A stretch of 32,000 nucleotides of DNA from the NCBI GenBank assembly GCA_002794465.1, contig MTSL01000137.1, positions 23,310-55,309 on the forward strand. The letters are read 5' to 3'. Within the stretch, counting starts at the first letter, position 1. Every line of letters starts with the position of its first letter. Positions 10,129-19,735 of this stretch are shown here, piece by piece. A program made the position numbers and the translations under genes. Source of the stretch: Paramicrosporidium saccamoebae KSL3. Lineage: Eukaryota > Fungi > Cryptomycota. Below the pieces are notes generated by a model. The model worked only from the letters and a program-made list of their open reading frames with translations. It had not been told where the DNA came from and did not search any database.

Positions 10129-11211
10129 TTACAGAGCGGGAGCGGCAAATGTGATAGACTCGGCGTCGATGGTGTACCAGGTGTAAAAGGTTCGAATAAA
10201 CTGCATTCCCAGCAGCCAGACTGCCACCCCATCCACAAACATGTCTTTCCCGATGATGTAGAATTCGCATGGCTCTGGAAAGGCTTTGATGTAACGATTG
10301 TAAGGAATGCTGACAGACCCTTGACTGGTGGCAAAGAACAAGTTTGGCTTGGAAGGAGCCACCAGACACGGGATGGTATAATGGTCCTCATCTCCCACCG
10401 GCACAACTGTAGCTCCCAAAAGGGCAGCCATCGCTGCTCCTGCTGCCTTTGGAATGTAAATCAAATTAGTATCAGTGGTGAGAATGGCCTGGCCTGTGCC
10501 TCCCGTAGGAATGATTCCAACCGAAAAGTTTAGCAGTTCAAAGTTCCAGGTCCCGTCCTTTTTCCACACGGGTACATTCGACACAATCACCGATGTGTAC
10601 AGACTGGTGGCAGGGGCCGTGGTTTGGTCTCCTGTTGACATGTCTGCTGCCGGCTGATCATACACGCGGATGCCAAATTGGTTGACCGGCACTGAAGCTA
10701 CTGTCATGCGATAGATTGCCGGATTGAGGAGTGATCGAGTCACTGCATTGCTGTTGGCCAATCCCATTCCGAATACTCCAATCACCGATCCCGGCACATA
10801 GGACGGCGGAAAGGACATGTTGAGCACCCGTAATGCATTCACAAAGTTCAAATCTATCACAGTTGAAAAGAGTGAACCCATGATGGTCATTGGTTGGGTT
10901 GTGTTAGTTCCAAGGGCATACAAGTCATCCTGTCGCACCACCCGCTGCTGTCCATCGCTCGATGCGGTAAAATAATTGTTTCCATTATAGCGCTCATTGC
11001 TTGCAATGGCGAGACAACTGTCGGTCATACACAATGAGGAGGCTATAAACGTGTACGGCAGAGATAGCGAGAGACGCAATAGCAACGTATTAGGTCCAGC
11101 AGTCAATTTGACATTGAGCAGAAGATCAGTCGATCGGACCAAATTAATGATATTGCTACTTCCAAAGACACCCAGTAGCCAGGTTGCGTGGAGTAGGCGT
11201 CTTGCAATCAT
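10129..11211 (-). CDS. Secreted pepsin-like (A1 aspartic protease fold) protein lacking both catalytic DTG motifs
   Basis: Signal-like N-terminus; pepsin landmarks GVFGMG, GQAILTTDTNLIYIP, YTIPC and WLLGMQFIRTFYTWYTIDAESITFA. Confidence 0.8.
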   Translation of the reverse strand: MIARRLLHATWLLGVFGSSNIINLVRSTDLLLNVKLTAGPNTLLLRLSLSLPYTFIASSLCMTDSCLAIASNERYNGNNYFTASSDGQQRVVRQDDLYALGTNTTQPMTIMGSLFSTVIDLNFVNALRVLNMSFPPSYVPGSVIGVFGMGLANSNAVTRSLLNPAIYRMTVASVPVNQFGIRVYDQPAADMSTGDQTTAPATSLYTSVIVSNVPVWKKDGTWNFELLNFSVGIIPTGGTGQAILTTDTNLIYIPKAAGAAMAALLGATVVPVGDEDHYTIPCLVAPSKPNLFFATSQGSVSIPYNRYIKAFPEPCEFYIIGKDMFVDGVAVWLLGMQFIRTFYTWYTIDAESITFAAPAL

Positions 11212-11313
11212 TATCTGATGCTAGAGATGCACGGCAACTTTATTAGGGACGCTATTTATCTGTGTATGGACAGGCACAACAAAAATCAAATAACGAAATT
11301 GTATTATGCATAA

Positions 11314-11779
11314 ATGTCAACTCCGAATGTAATTCCCTCCACATCGGCCCCATTGCTTGCTTCCTCATTCATTCTGGAGCAGGATTGCCGTGGGACAAAT
11401 GATGCGTACATTCTCTGTCGCAATGCTAATGACGACCCTGCTGTCTGCGAGACACTTGCGCATGCCGTGCTGGAATGCACCCGACGGTCACTTGACCGAG
11501 TAGCGGCATCGCCCTGCAGGACGCTGTTTGAGCGTTTCTGGCGTTGTTTGGATGTCAACAACCAGGATTTCATATATTGTCGTCCGGAAGAGTTTTCATT
11601 TGAAGCATGCACCAAGTTGCATTTGGTATATCATGGGAGAAGCTTATTGTTAGGGTGTCCACAAGAAATTATGGAAAGGACGAGGTCCAGAGGAGGGACT
11701 CAAGACGGAAGGAGAACGACCAGAGCTAGAGAGCTGGAGGTATCAGATGCATGTACTGGCTAATAAAAATAACCCATAG
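11314..11779 (+). CDS. NDUFA8: NADH:ubiquinone oxidoreductase subunit NDUFA8-like; join(11314..11625,11654..11779)
   Basis: TSAPLLASSFILEQDC-x9-C...C-x9-C...C-x9-C...C-x9-C twin CX9C pattern (FWRCLDVNNQDFIYCR). The 28-nt intron gives a C-terminus GVHKKLWK...NNP*. Confidence 0.85.
11626..11653 (+). other. 28-nt intron (NDUFA8)
   Basis: gtatat...gcttattgttag, phase 0; exon 2 is then exactly 42 codons ending in TAG. Inferred; the unspliced ORF is also open, to 11763. Confidence 0.65.
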
Positions 11780-11834
11780 GATTTGTGTGATAATCATTGA
11801 AAGTTCTGCATAGGGTCATCCGTAGCCGTAGCCA

Positions 11835-11881
11835 CGACTGGATTTTCAGTTCGTAACCACGAGATCCCGACTGGATTTTCA
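11835..11881. repeat. 14-nt direct repeat upstream of the 11985 gene
   Basis: cgactggattttca at 11835-48 and 11868-81. Confidence 0.75.
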
Positions 11882-11984
11882 ATCCTAAGCCTAAGAGTCG
11901 ACTTTGAGTGCAATATTTTTAATACCTAATTAAATCTTTCAGCCTATCTCTAGCAATAAAAGTGTCAAATGTCCACAGCCCTGG

Positions 11985-13505
11985 ATGATATGGCTCTGGC
12001 TGGGATATTGTACAGCAATTTTTGTGCGATTCACGCCCCAAAACTTGCCTAGAAAGCATGATTATTCCACAATCAACACCATCTTTAGGATATTTGACAT
12101 TACGCTACCAAATGTAGATGTGGTAGCCCGACTGTTGAGCTTGTCGGAATATGATTTTGGCCCTCATTACTATTGTTACGCTGAACCTTCTGAGCGGATC
12201 GATCTGCTATTGCCATATGGTCAAGATAGAAGGCTACATGGAAATGTTTTCCATATTATAAAGCTGCTTAGCAATCCAAGCCTGGCTGAAGCCCTGTTTG
12301 TGGACTACCATGGCGATATTTATCCTCGTGGCCGAAGAGATGCCTTTTTCTTTCCAATTCTGTACTTTCGGGATATAAAGCTCCAGCGACGGCTCCTTGA
12401 ATTGCTACTGGCAAAGGAGATCTGTTGGTTGGAATGGTTGAGAGATCTGGTTAGATGTTTGCCGGAGAGTGAGGTGCGCTGGCTGTTTGGCCGTCTCAGG
12501 GAGCAAATGGTGCCAGAAATTATGGTTATATTCATGACTTTGCCGTACGGGGTAGAACTATTTGACAGCTACTTGGCCGCAGCCAGCACTGATGAGACGG
12601 ATCAGTTGATTGCAGATGCCATTGGGATGATGAGTAGTTTGTATAATAATTCGGTACCAAATCGATTACTTTCTGGGATGACAATTCCAGCCATGATTGA
12701 CAGTATGCTCCGCATAGCCCCCACTCGACACGATTGCTCGTTTTGGGGCACTCTGGGCAGTCTACTTCTTTGTCATCCGCAAAACGACCAAATTGCCTGG
12801 TACTTGAAGCATTTGCGCAATGGCCATCCATTCATTACAAGAAAACTGGTGGGACTGTATTTGAGAGAATCCCATGATGATAAGGAATGTGGTGTGAATG
12901 TTTATGACGAGAGTGGTTATTATGAGAGCGGTTATGATGAGAGTACTCGTGATGCGCACCCCACCCTATACCACGATGAAACTATCATCTCGCACTTTTC
13001 CCGAATCAACTTGCCAGGCTGGTTTGGGGTGTGGGAGGAACGCAGGATAACGTGGCTACGGGAGAGCCCACTAGTTCCACTAATTACAAAGACCGTTATT
13101 CGTGAGAGTGAGGCGGTAAAGCGTATCCTGAATTGGGCTGAAAAGGATATACTTCCGTTGAATGTGTCAGTGAAAGGGGCGGGCGGGGCAGTCGCGCCGA
13201 TTTCCGACGTGATGATTGAATGGATGAAACAATCCATGGCTCTATTGCCCGTCGATTTAGACGAACTATCCGCCACGATTATGGGCCTTCTGACGGCATG
13301 GCCCTATTTGCTCGCTGAACGTCGAAAGGTTGACATGTCGTGTCTTTTCAAATTGCGTCCATCAACCAGTTGGGAAGCCTTTCTCTGCCTCGATGAGCGA
13401 TTGCTGACGATGGCCGCGAAGATGGGATTGTCGCTTTACTTTACACTGTCCGATCTGCGACTGCTCACTGATTCGTCCTGTACAGTTCTGTCAACGCATG
13501 TTTAG
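11985..13505 (+). CDS. Secreted orphan family member (506 aa)
   Basis: Long intronless ORF; short hydrophobic leader MIWLWLGYCTA; full-length colinear similarity to the adjacent 13621 gene. Confidence 0.85.
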   Translation: MIWLWLGYCTAIFVRFTPQNLPRKHDYSTINTIFRIFDITLPNVDVVARLLSLSEYDFGPHYYCYAEPSERIDLLLPYGQDRRLHGNVFHIIKLLSNPSLAEALFVDYHGDIYPRGRRDAFFFPILYFRDIKLQRRLLELLLAKEICWLEWLRDLVRCLPESEVRWLFGRLREQMVPEIMVIFMTLPYGVELFDSYLAAASTDETDQLIADAIGMMSSLYNNSVPNRLLSGMTIPAMIDSMLRIAPTRHDCSFWGTLGSLLLCHPQNDQIAWYLKHLRNGHPFITRKLVGLYLRESHDDKECGVNVYDESGYYESGYDESTRDAHPTLYHDETIISHFSRINLPGWFGVWEERRITWLRESPLVPLITKTVIRESEAVKRILNWAEKDILPLNVSVKGAGGAVAPISDVMIEWMKQSMALLPVDLDELSATIMGLLTAWPYLLAERRKVDMSCLFKLRPSTSWEAFLCLDERLLTMAAKMGLSLYFTLSDLRLLTDSSCTVLSTHV

Positions 13506-13620
13506 CCCATCCAAAATAAAAACAAGTTCATACATCATGTGATTATGTCTCGAAGGAAGCGGTGCTGAAAGTGTAAGATGATGAGATAGCATCGGATCTA
13601 GACTGCACCAGCCGGGGGTA

Positions 13621-14973
13621 ATGAAAATACTGCTTTTGCTCTTGGGACCTGTAGTGTGCTTTCAAATAATCACCACCCCCCACGAATTGACGAGACGGCA
13701 TCATGAAGCAACTGTTGATGCCATATTTGACAGTTTTATGATAACTAAGCACACAGTACACGCGATACATAGTTTGCTATTATATCGCCTCTATGATTTC
13801 ACAAGACACTACTGGAGGCCTGAGTCGACGGAGCGTGCAAAGGCACTGGCTGCCCTGTTTGCCTACCCAGTGCTGCATAAAACGCTACTGGCACCAGGAA
13901 AGCTGCGATGCAATATGTTAATAGCGCAATACACTCCACTAGACTATACGGGGAATTTGCTGGCAGACATTGTCGTGCCAGGAGCGCCGCTACCAGTGTT
14001 GATTGCTCAAATCCCCCGAATAGAGTCTTTGTATTGGATGAACCAGTTGGTTTCCAGACAGCAGTCGAGGGCTGGAGTAATGGTATTAAGTATACTTTTT
14101 AGAAAAGTTATGCTCCCGGAGATGTTTACCTTATTGTTGAAGTACTTTCTGGATGAGCAAGCCATTCACAACTTTTATGTGCAAGGAGATGAAATTCGAG
14201 CCGCAATCGCAATGACGGCGCTCAGGCAGACAAACAATTACAGGCGTATGGATTTAAAGCTTGTTGGAGTAGATATTCCGACGAATCCGATGGAGATGTT
14301 TGATCATTTTTATCCCCTTTCGGAAGCTCGCACTGATCTTCCATTCTATGGATTGTTAGCCACTCTGTTGACCGAGTTTTGTGATCCGGAGAGGCTTTAT
14401 AGGCTACTGAGTGTCGGTCGACGCTATCTGACGCCGTTTAGTATGCGGTTACTATTCCACAAGTATAGCCAGGTGTCCAGGTTACAGTCGTGGTTCCCTC
14501 AGAGGGCCAGATTACCACTACGGGCCAGCCACGAGCGATATCTTCGGTCGGGGGTATTGCGTCTGTATCAATACCGGGAGAAAATGGTGCCTTCTGAGAG
14601 GTTGGCAGATTTACTCCTACATGGGGGACATTCAGGCAGCCTGCCGCTCAATTGGAGCTTTGATCGTTCAATTGTGCACACGTGGCGATGGCCTCGAGTG
14701 GTGGAAGTGGTTGCATATTGGCCCTATCTTTTAGCTGAGAATGAGCGGATGGATCTAGCATGGCTCTTTGGCAATGAGGAAATGGATTGGAAAACGTTTT
14801 TAAATAGGATCAGCAGCATTGAAGGGCCACAAGTGGCCATGGAAGTACACGTCGTGTTGAGTAATCTCCGCATTCCCGAACACTTTAGTCTAAGGGAAGT
14901 GCGCAGACTGGTGGATATGAACCCGATCAATTGTGAAACGACTATGGATGACGGTGAGAGAGCGGGGTGGTGA
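13621..14973 (+). CDS. Secreted orphan family member (450 aa), tandem paralog
   Basis: Leader MKILLLLLGPVVC; shares YDF..HY, ER...L, LH, DY.G, M.PE, F.G.L..LL and WPYLLAE...D...LF...W..FL with 11985. Confidence 0.85.
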   Translation: MKILLLLLGPVVCFQIITTPHELTRRHHEATVDAIFDSFMITKHTVHAIHSLLLYRLYDFTRHYWRPESTERAKALAALFAYPVLHKTLLAPGKLRCNMLIAQYTPLDYTGNLLADIVVPGAPLPVLIAQIPRIESLYWMNQLVSRQQSRAGVMVLSILFRKVMLPEMFTLLLKYFLDEQAIHNFYVQGDEIRAAIAMTALRQTNNYRRMDLKLVGVDIPTNPMEMFDHFYPLSEARTDLPFYGLLATLLTEFCDPERLYRLLSVGRRYLTPFSMRLLFHKYSQVSRLQSWFPQRARLPLRASHERYLRSGVLRLYQYREKMVPSERLADLLLHGGHSGSLPLNWSFDRSIVHTWRWPRVVEVVAYWPYLLAENERMDLAWLFGNEEMDWKTFLNRISSIEGPQVAMEVHVVLSNLRIPEHFSLREVRRLVDMNPINCETTMDDGERAGW

Positions 14974-15000
14974 GACAGCGAGACAGTGAGACAGCGAGAC
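14972..15000. repeat. 8-nt microsatellite (gagacagY) x3.5
   Basis: gagacagcgagacagtgagacagcgagac directly at and after the stop codon. Confidence 0.8.
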
Positions 15001-15290
15001 ATTGGGATGGTGAGACGACTGAAATAATCGTTCCCAATGTACCTATGGTGTAATTGTAGCATCCATTGACCTAGTGATCTGTCAATGAGACTATGTATTA
15101 GAATCAGTGAATCCTTTGTTAGTCCTGATCGTAGGGTTGAAAATAGTGATCCTAATCCATTAGCGATAGATCTATTATTTAACATTGACTCTATTGTTTG
15201 TCTGCAGCAACTCTTATGCCTATACTAAGCGCACTCATTACTCACTCGGGAAGATTAACATTAAACTCTTTCTACAATTAATCCCTAGCT

Positions 15291-16922
15291 TTACAGCCAC
15301 TTGCTCATATAAGGTCCATCAGTGTCATAGCCCAGTTTTCTATAATAATGCCGCGTGCCAACTCCGGCAATGACAACCAACTTTGGAGAGGAATGCTCCA
15401 ATCGGGCAATACGTTCAGCTTCCTCCATCAAAAGAGTGCCAAAGCCCTGATGTTGGAATTTGGTGGGATCGCGGGAATGCACAGGAACAACGCTACCATA
15501 GACGTGCAATTCGCGAACAATGGAGGCATCTTTGGTTTCAGGACGGATGGAGGAGGAACATTTACGCAGTCTTAGTAATCCAACGAGAATGTCCTGTTGG
15601 GGATCTTCATAGGAGAGAAAGGTCTCCCATCCGCCATTGGCCATGTAGTCTCTGCGGACAAGCTCAACCTGATCGGGACGCACTTTATGATGGACCTCTT
15701 GGATGCCAACTTCGCGGGTACGCACATCCCGACATCGCAGTCCATAATCCACCATGCGGGCCAAGACTAGTTCGCGCAGATTTCCATGTTCCACCCCGGA
15801 AGAGACAAGCGGCATGGGAATGTCCCGCTGTACTCGATAAACACGGGTCCAGGGGGGAACCATGGCCAGCACTTTTGCCAACAACTCTACAAGCAAATCG
15901 GGCGGATAGCTACGATAACGCTTTGTCTTCCATAGCTCATACAAACCGGTGCCACGGATAACGAGGGTGGGATAAATCTTGAGACCATCGGAACGAAAGG
16001 CGGGATTTTCAAAGTATTCCCGGAATTGATGCAAATCGCGCTCAAATCCAACATTGGGCAGATCGGGCATCATATGAGCCACCACCTTGAAGCCGCAGTC
16101 TTTGGCCATTTGAAAGGTCTCAGTGACAGCCTGCACTGTGTGGCCACGGTTGGTATCACGTGCCACGTCTTCATAGACAGATTGGACCCCAATCTCCAGT
16201 CGCGTGCAGCCGTAGCGCAGCATTTGGCCCAAGTGTGACTGTAGACAATAATCAGGACGCGTTTCAATAGTGATTCCAACGCATTTTATGGGAGATTGTT
16301 CGCTGAATTGCACCGCCTCATCCACTGTGGTACTTTTATAGCCGGAAAGAGCATCATGCAGGCGACGGATAAACCAATCGCGATATTCTTCACTGAGCGC
16401 CATAAATGTGCCGCCCATCACAATGTATTCCACTTTATCCACGGCATGGCCCAAAGCAGTTAGTTGGTCCAATCGCGATCTTGCCTGTTCATATGGGTCG
16501 TATCGGCCCCGGATGGCCCTCATGCTGGTTGGCTCATAGCCTGTGTAGCTCTGTGTAGAATATTCAAAGTCTGAATCTGGACCGCCTGGACAATACACGC
16601 AAATGTTTCCTGTCAGCGCAATGTGTGGACAACGATGTGGCTTGCACATCACTGCTACAATCGCCACTCCCGAAGCTGTGCGGACCGGCTTGGCACGCAC
16701 ATAAGGCAGCAGTTGGGCTCGATGTGCAGGCGGGATGGCCGCTATAATGTCCACAAGTTTCGGTTGCGTCGTCAGTCCGTATTTGGACGCTATCCGGCCC
16801 TTTACTCCCGTCAGGGTCACTTCCTTTCCGTTCTGCAACTGGGATAACAGTTCTGATACAATCTCGCTGCATGCCTGAAGCATACGTTCTCCCGTCTCGG
16901 TTGAGGAAGGCATAGACATCAT
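15291..16922 (-). CDS. ELP3: Elongator catalytic subunit (radical SAM + acetyltransferase domains)
   Basis: [69 protein letters not shown]. Confidence 0.98.
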   Translation of the reverse strand: MMSMPSSTETGERMLQACSEIVSELLSQLQNGKEVTLTGVKGRIASKYGLTTQPKLVDIIAAIPPAHRAQLLPYVRAKPVRTASGVAIVAVMCKPHRCPHIALTGNICVYCPGGPDSDFEYSTQSYTGYEPTSMRAIRGRYDPYEQARSRLDQLTALGHAVDKVEYIVMGGTFMALSEEYRDWFIRRLHDALSGYKSTTVDEAVQFSEQSPIKCVGITIETRPDYCLQSHLGQMLRYGCTRLEIGVQSVYEDVARDTNRGHTVQAVTETFQMAKDCGFKVVAHMMPDLPNVGFERDLHQFREYFENPAFRSDGLKIYPTLVIRGTGLYELWKTKRYRSYPPDLLVELLAKVLAMVPPWTRVYRVQRDIPMPLVSSGVEHGNLRELVLARMVDYGLRCRDVRTREVGIQEVHHKVRPDQVELVRRDYMANGGWETFLSYEDPQQDILVGLLRLRKCSSSIRPETKDASIVRELHVYGSVVPVHSRDPTKFQHQGFGTLLMEEAERIARLEHSSPKLVVIAGVGTRHYYRKLGYDTDGPYMSKWL

Positions 16923-17266
16923 CCTGGCTCGACCGGGGCATCAACTGAGGACAAAGAAGTAAATTCAGAACTGTGGATCAGGGATCTGTTATGCAATATC
17001 CATTCATGATTGGCAGTCCTACAATTTGGTGTGTTGGGAACGGTAGTCTATGTGCTATATATGGTAGTAAATAAATACCCTCGTATATTAAAAGGACCTG
17101 TTAAACAGTACCAACTTATTGGTGAATCCGACCCCGATAGCGAACTCACAGCCCAGTCTGATTATATTAAGAATGGCACCTATAAGGAAGCCATATAATT
17201 TAATAAAAGGTAGCTGCTCGCCCATCAACAGGACCCTTACCTCGCATTTCACGTCTCATTGGTCGA

Positions 17267-18535
17267 ATGCCTAATATCAGTGGAATGCAGCTGAGTAGCA
17301 AACTCACATTAAAGGACGTTGAAGTTGCAGGCAAGCGGGTGTTAGTGCGTGTGGATTACAATGTGCCGTTGACTGAGGACGGAAAGGTGGCTAACAACCA
17401 GCGCATTGCCGCTACTCTGCCCACGTTGGATTATCTTCTCAAGGGCAACGTCAAATGCATTGTGCTGCTCAGTCATCTTGGGAGACCTGATGGAGTACGG
17501 GTGGAAAAGTTGTCACTTAAACCAGTGGCAGCCGAGCTGGAACGACTCCTTAAACGTCCCATCACCTTTTTGGATGACTGTGTCGGGTCTTCTGTGGAGC
17601 GCGTCTGTGCAGAGGCGGATGGTGGGAAAATTATACTTCTTGAGAATCTACGGTTCCATTTGGAGGAGGAGGGAACAGTGAAACGGAAGGATGGCACTCA
17701 TACGGCCGACGAGTCTGAGATTAAGCAGTTCCGTGCAAGTCTCACCAAGTTGGGCGACATTTGTGTAAATGATGCCTTTGGAGTGGTCCATCGTGCCCAC
17801 AGCTCCGTTACAGGAATCGAGTTGCCTAGGGTGGCGGGATTGTTGTTGAGCAAAGAATTGGAGTATTTCAGCAAAGTCCTCGAGTCACCCGATGGAATTG
17901 ACTTGGCCATTGTGGGTGGAGCTAAAGTGACCGATAAGATTCCGCTAATTAAAAATCTACTGCCCAAGGTGAAACAATTGGCTGTTGGTGGAGCCATGGC
18001 CTTTACCTTTTTAAAGACACTCCATGGAATGGATATTGGCAAAAGTCTATATGACGAGGAGGGTGCGGCCTTAGTCCCCGCCATCATGAAGGATGCAGAT
18101 CGGTTGGGGGTAAAGATGATCCTGCCAGTGGACTTTGTGACAGGTACAGATCTCCGCGAGTCTGCTCGAGTAGGCAGTGCCACCATGAAAGATGGAATTC
18201 CTGCAGATATGATGGGATTGGACAATGGGCCTCTCTCTACACAATCTCTCGTAGAGGCCATCGGAACGGCAAAATCAATTCTATGGAATGGACCAGTGGG
18301 GGTTTTTGAAGTGTCGCATTTCGCGGCCGGCACAAAGGCCGTCCTACAGGCACTAGCCGAAGCCACGAAACGAGGAGCTGTCACTATTGTGGGTGGTGGC
18401 GATTCTGGAGCGGCGGCAGCAAAGTGGGACTTTGAAGACAAATTGAGTCATGTGAGCACTGGTGGTGGGGCGAGTCTTGAACTCCTGGAAGGCCGTGAAT
18501 TGCCTGGAATCTCTGCCCTCAGTAACAAGGATTGA
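17267..18535 (+). CDS. PGK1: Phosphoglycerate kinase
   Basis: RVDYNVPL, SHLGRPDG, LENLRFH, HRAHSS, GGAKV, HVSTGGGASLELLEG. The real start may be the second ATG at 17285 (MQLSSKL). Confidence 0.98.
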   Translation: MPNISGMQLSSKLTLKDVEVAGKRVLVRVDYNVPLTEDGKVANNQRIAATLPTLDYLLKGNVKCIVLLSHLGRPDGVRVEKLSLKPVAAELERLLKRPITFLDDCVGSSVERVCAEADGGKIILLENLRFHLEEEGTVKRKDGTHTADESEIKQFRASLTKLGDICVNDAFGVVHRAHSSVTGIELPRVAGLLLSKELEYFSKVLESPDGIDLAIVGGAKVTDKIPLIKNLLPKVKQLAVGGAMAFTFLKTLHGMDIGKSLYDEEGAALVPAIMKDADRLGVKMILPVDFVTGTDLRESARVGSATMKDGIPADMMGLDNGPLSTQSLVEAIGTAKSILWNGPVGVFEVSHFAAGTKAVLQALAEATKRGAVTIVGGGDSGAAAAKWDFEDKLSHVSTGGGASLELLEGRELPGISALSNKD

Positions 18536-18666
18536 TAATGTTATATGTCAGATGGGCATGTATTGAACGACAATTACGTAACATATAAAATCACATAACA
18601 CTACGCAAATTGGGATATCTACGGATTGATGGGCCTTTGTTACAAGTATAAACTTTACAAGTCTGT

Positions 18667-19563
18667 CTATGTAAAGGTGGTGATGGAAAGTAAGACTTGG
18701 TGGGCAATATGGGAGGGTATGACACCTCCTGCCTTCAGTATATGCACATCAGGAACCCTTGTTCCAAAATACCACGACTCAAATTGTGCAGTGTATTGAT
18801 CCAGTGCACCTGGCCGCTCCAACTCGGGCACAGTATCAAACGGATCAATGGGAGGGATTTCTGCAGTGGATTTGCCATGAATCTTGAGCCCCCGCATGGA
18901 GGGCATCTCCTGCAGAGCAGCCATTTGTGCCCGACGTTTTGCCTCTCGTCCTACTGTTTTTCTAATGACACTGACTGCCGATTCGCTTGATCGGGCCAAC
19001 TCTTCAATCAACTGTTGTTCCTGTGCTCGTCGGTCCAAAGTCTCGGCCTCCAACTCGGCAAGAAGTCCAGTTTCGTATTCCATGCGATGCTGTTCTTCCT
19101 CCCAACGTTGTTGTCGCTCCCGTTCCGCCTCCTCTTCGTCCCTCCGCCGACGGGCCTGAATGCCCTCAAGATTCTGCAGCCGATATGCTTCGAGACGTTC
19201 GTTGGTCTTTTGCACATCCACCTCTTCCACCAGACACCATACAATGCCTTCCACCTCCTCTAAATAGTCGTCGTAATCGCGCACCGTCTCAAAGTCCTCC
19301 TCCCGACGATTGAAAATGTCAGTGAGTCTGCGACGGATACGACATTCGCGTTCCACCCGGAGGTCGGTGAAGATGGGCAGTAAAAAGTCGGAACGACGCA
19401 AAAGGGTCTGACAAACGGGACAGGGTGCGGTGCCGTGCGCAAAGAGACGTTCCACACAGTTGGAACAAGCACTATGATAACACGGCGACACCAGCAACTG
19501 AATTAATGGGTTCAAATAACGATCACTCTTACAGACAGGACATGTATCCACCGTTGAATCCAT
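18667..19563 (-). CDS. TFB3: CAK/TFIIH assembly factor MAT1 (RING finger)
   Basis: CPVCKSDRYLNP...CYHSACSNCVERLF...CPVC RING; VERECRIRRRL..IFN..EEDF...YDDYLEEVE. Confidence 0.93.
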   Translation of the reverse strand: MDSTVDTCPVCKSDRYLNPLIQLLVSPCYHSACSNCVERLFAHGTAPCPVCQTLLRRSDFLLPIFTDLRVERECRIRRRLTDIFNRREEDFETVRDYDDYLEEVEGIVWCLVEEVDVQKTNERLEAYRLQNLEGIQARRRRDEEEAERERQQRWEEEQHRMEYETGLLAELEAETLDRRAQEQQLIEELARSSESAVSVIRKTVGREAKRRAQMAALQEMPSMRGLKIHGKSTAEIPPIDPFDTVPELERPGALDQYTAQFESWYFGTRVPDVHILKAGGVIPSHIAHQVLLSITTFT

Positions 19564-19735
19564 GTGGAAGGGGAGAGGCTAGTGAATATCAAGTATGCAA
19601 GCAACGAATATTAAATTTGTAGTTTGTAGTCCAGATTTTGTATCCGTAGATATGATAGCAACTGTTATTGCGATGGTAATACCATCAGCGACAGTGATAC
19701 TGATAGTGGTGTTGCATTCGATATGCAATAGACTT

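Noticed and set aside
17773-17805. PGK motif variant FGVVHRAHSS (usually FGTAHRAHSS)
   Set aside because: The catalytic and substrate-binding His/Arg residues are intact; it is a minor substitution.
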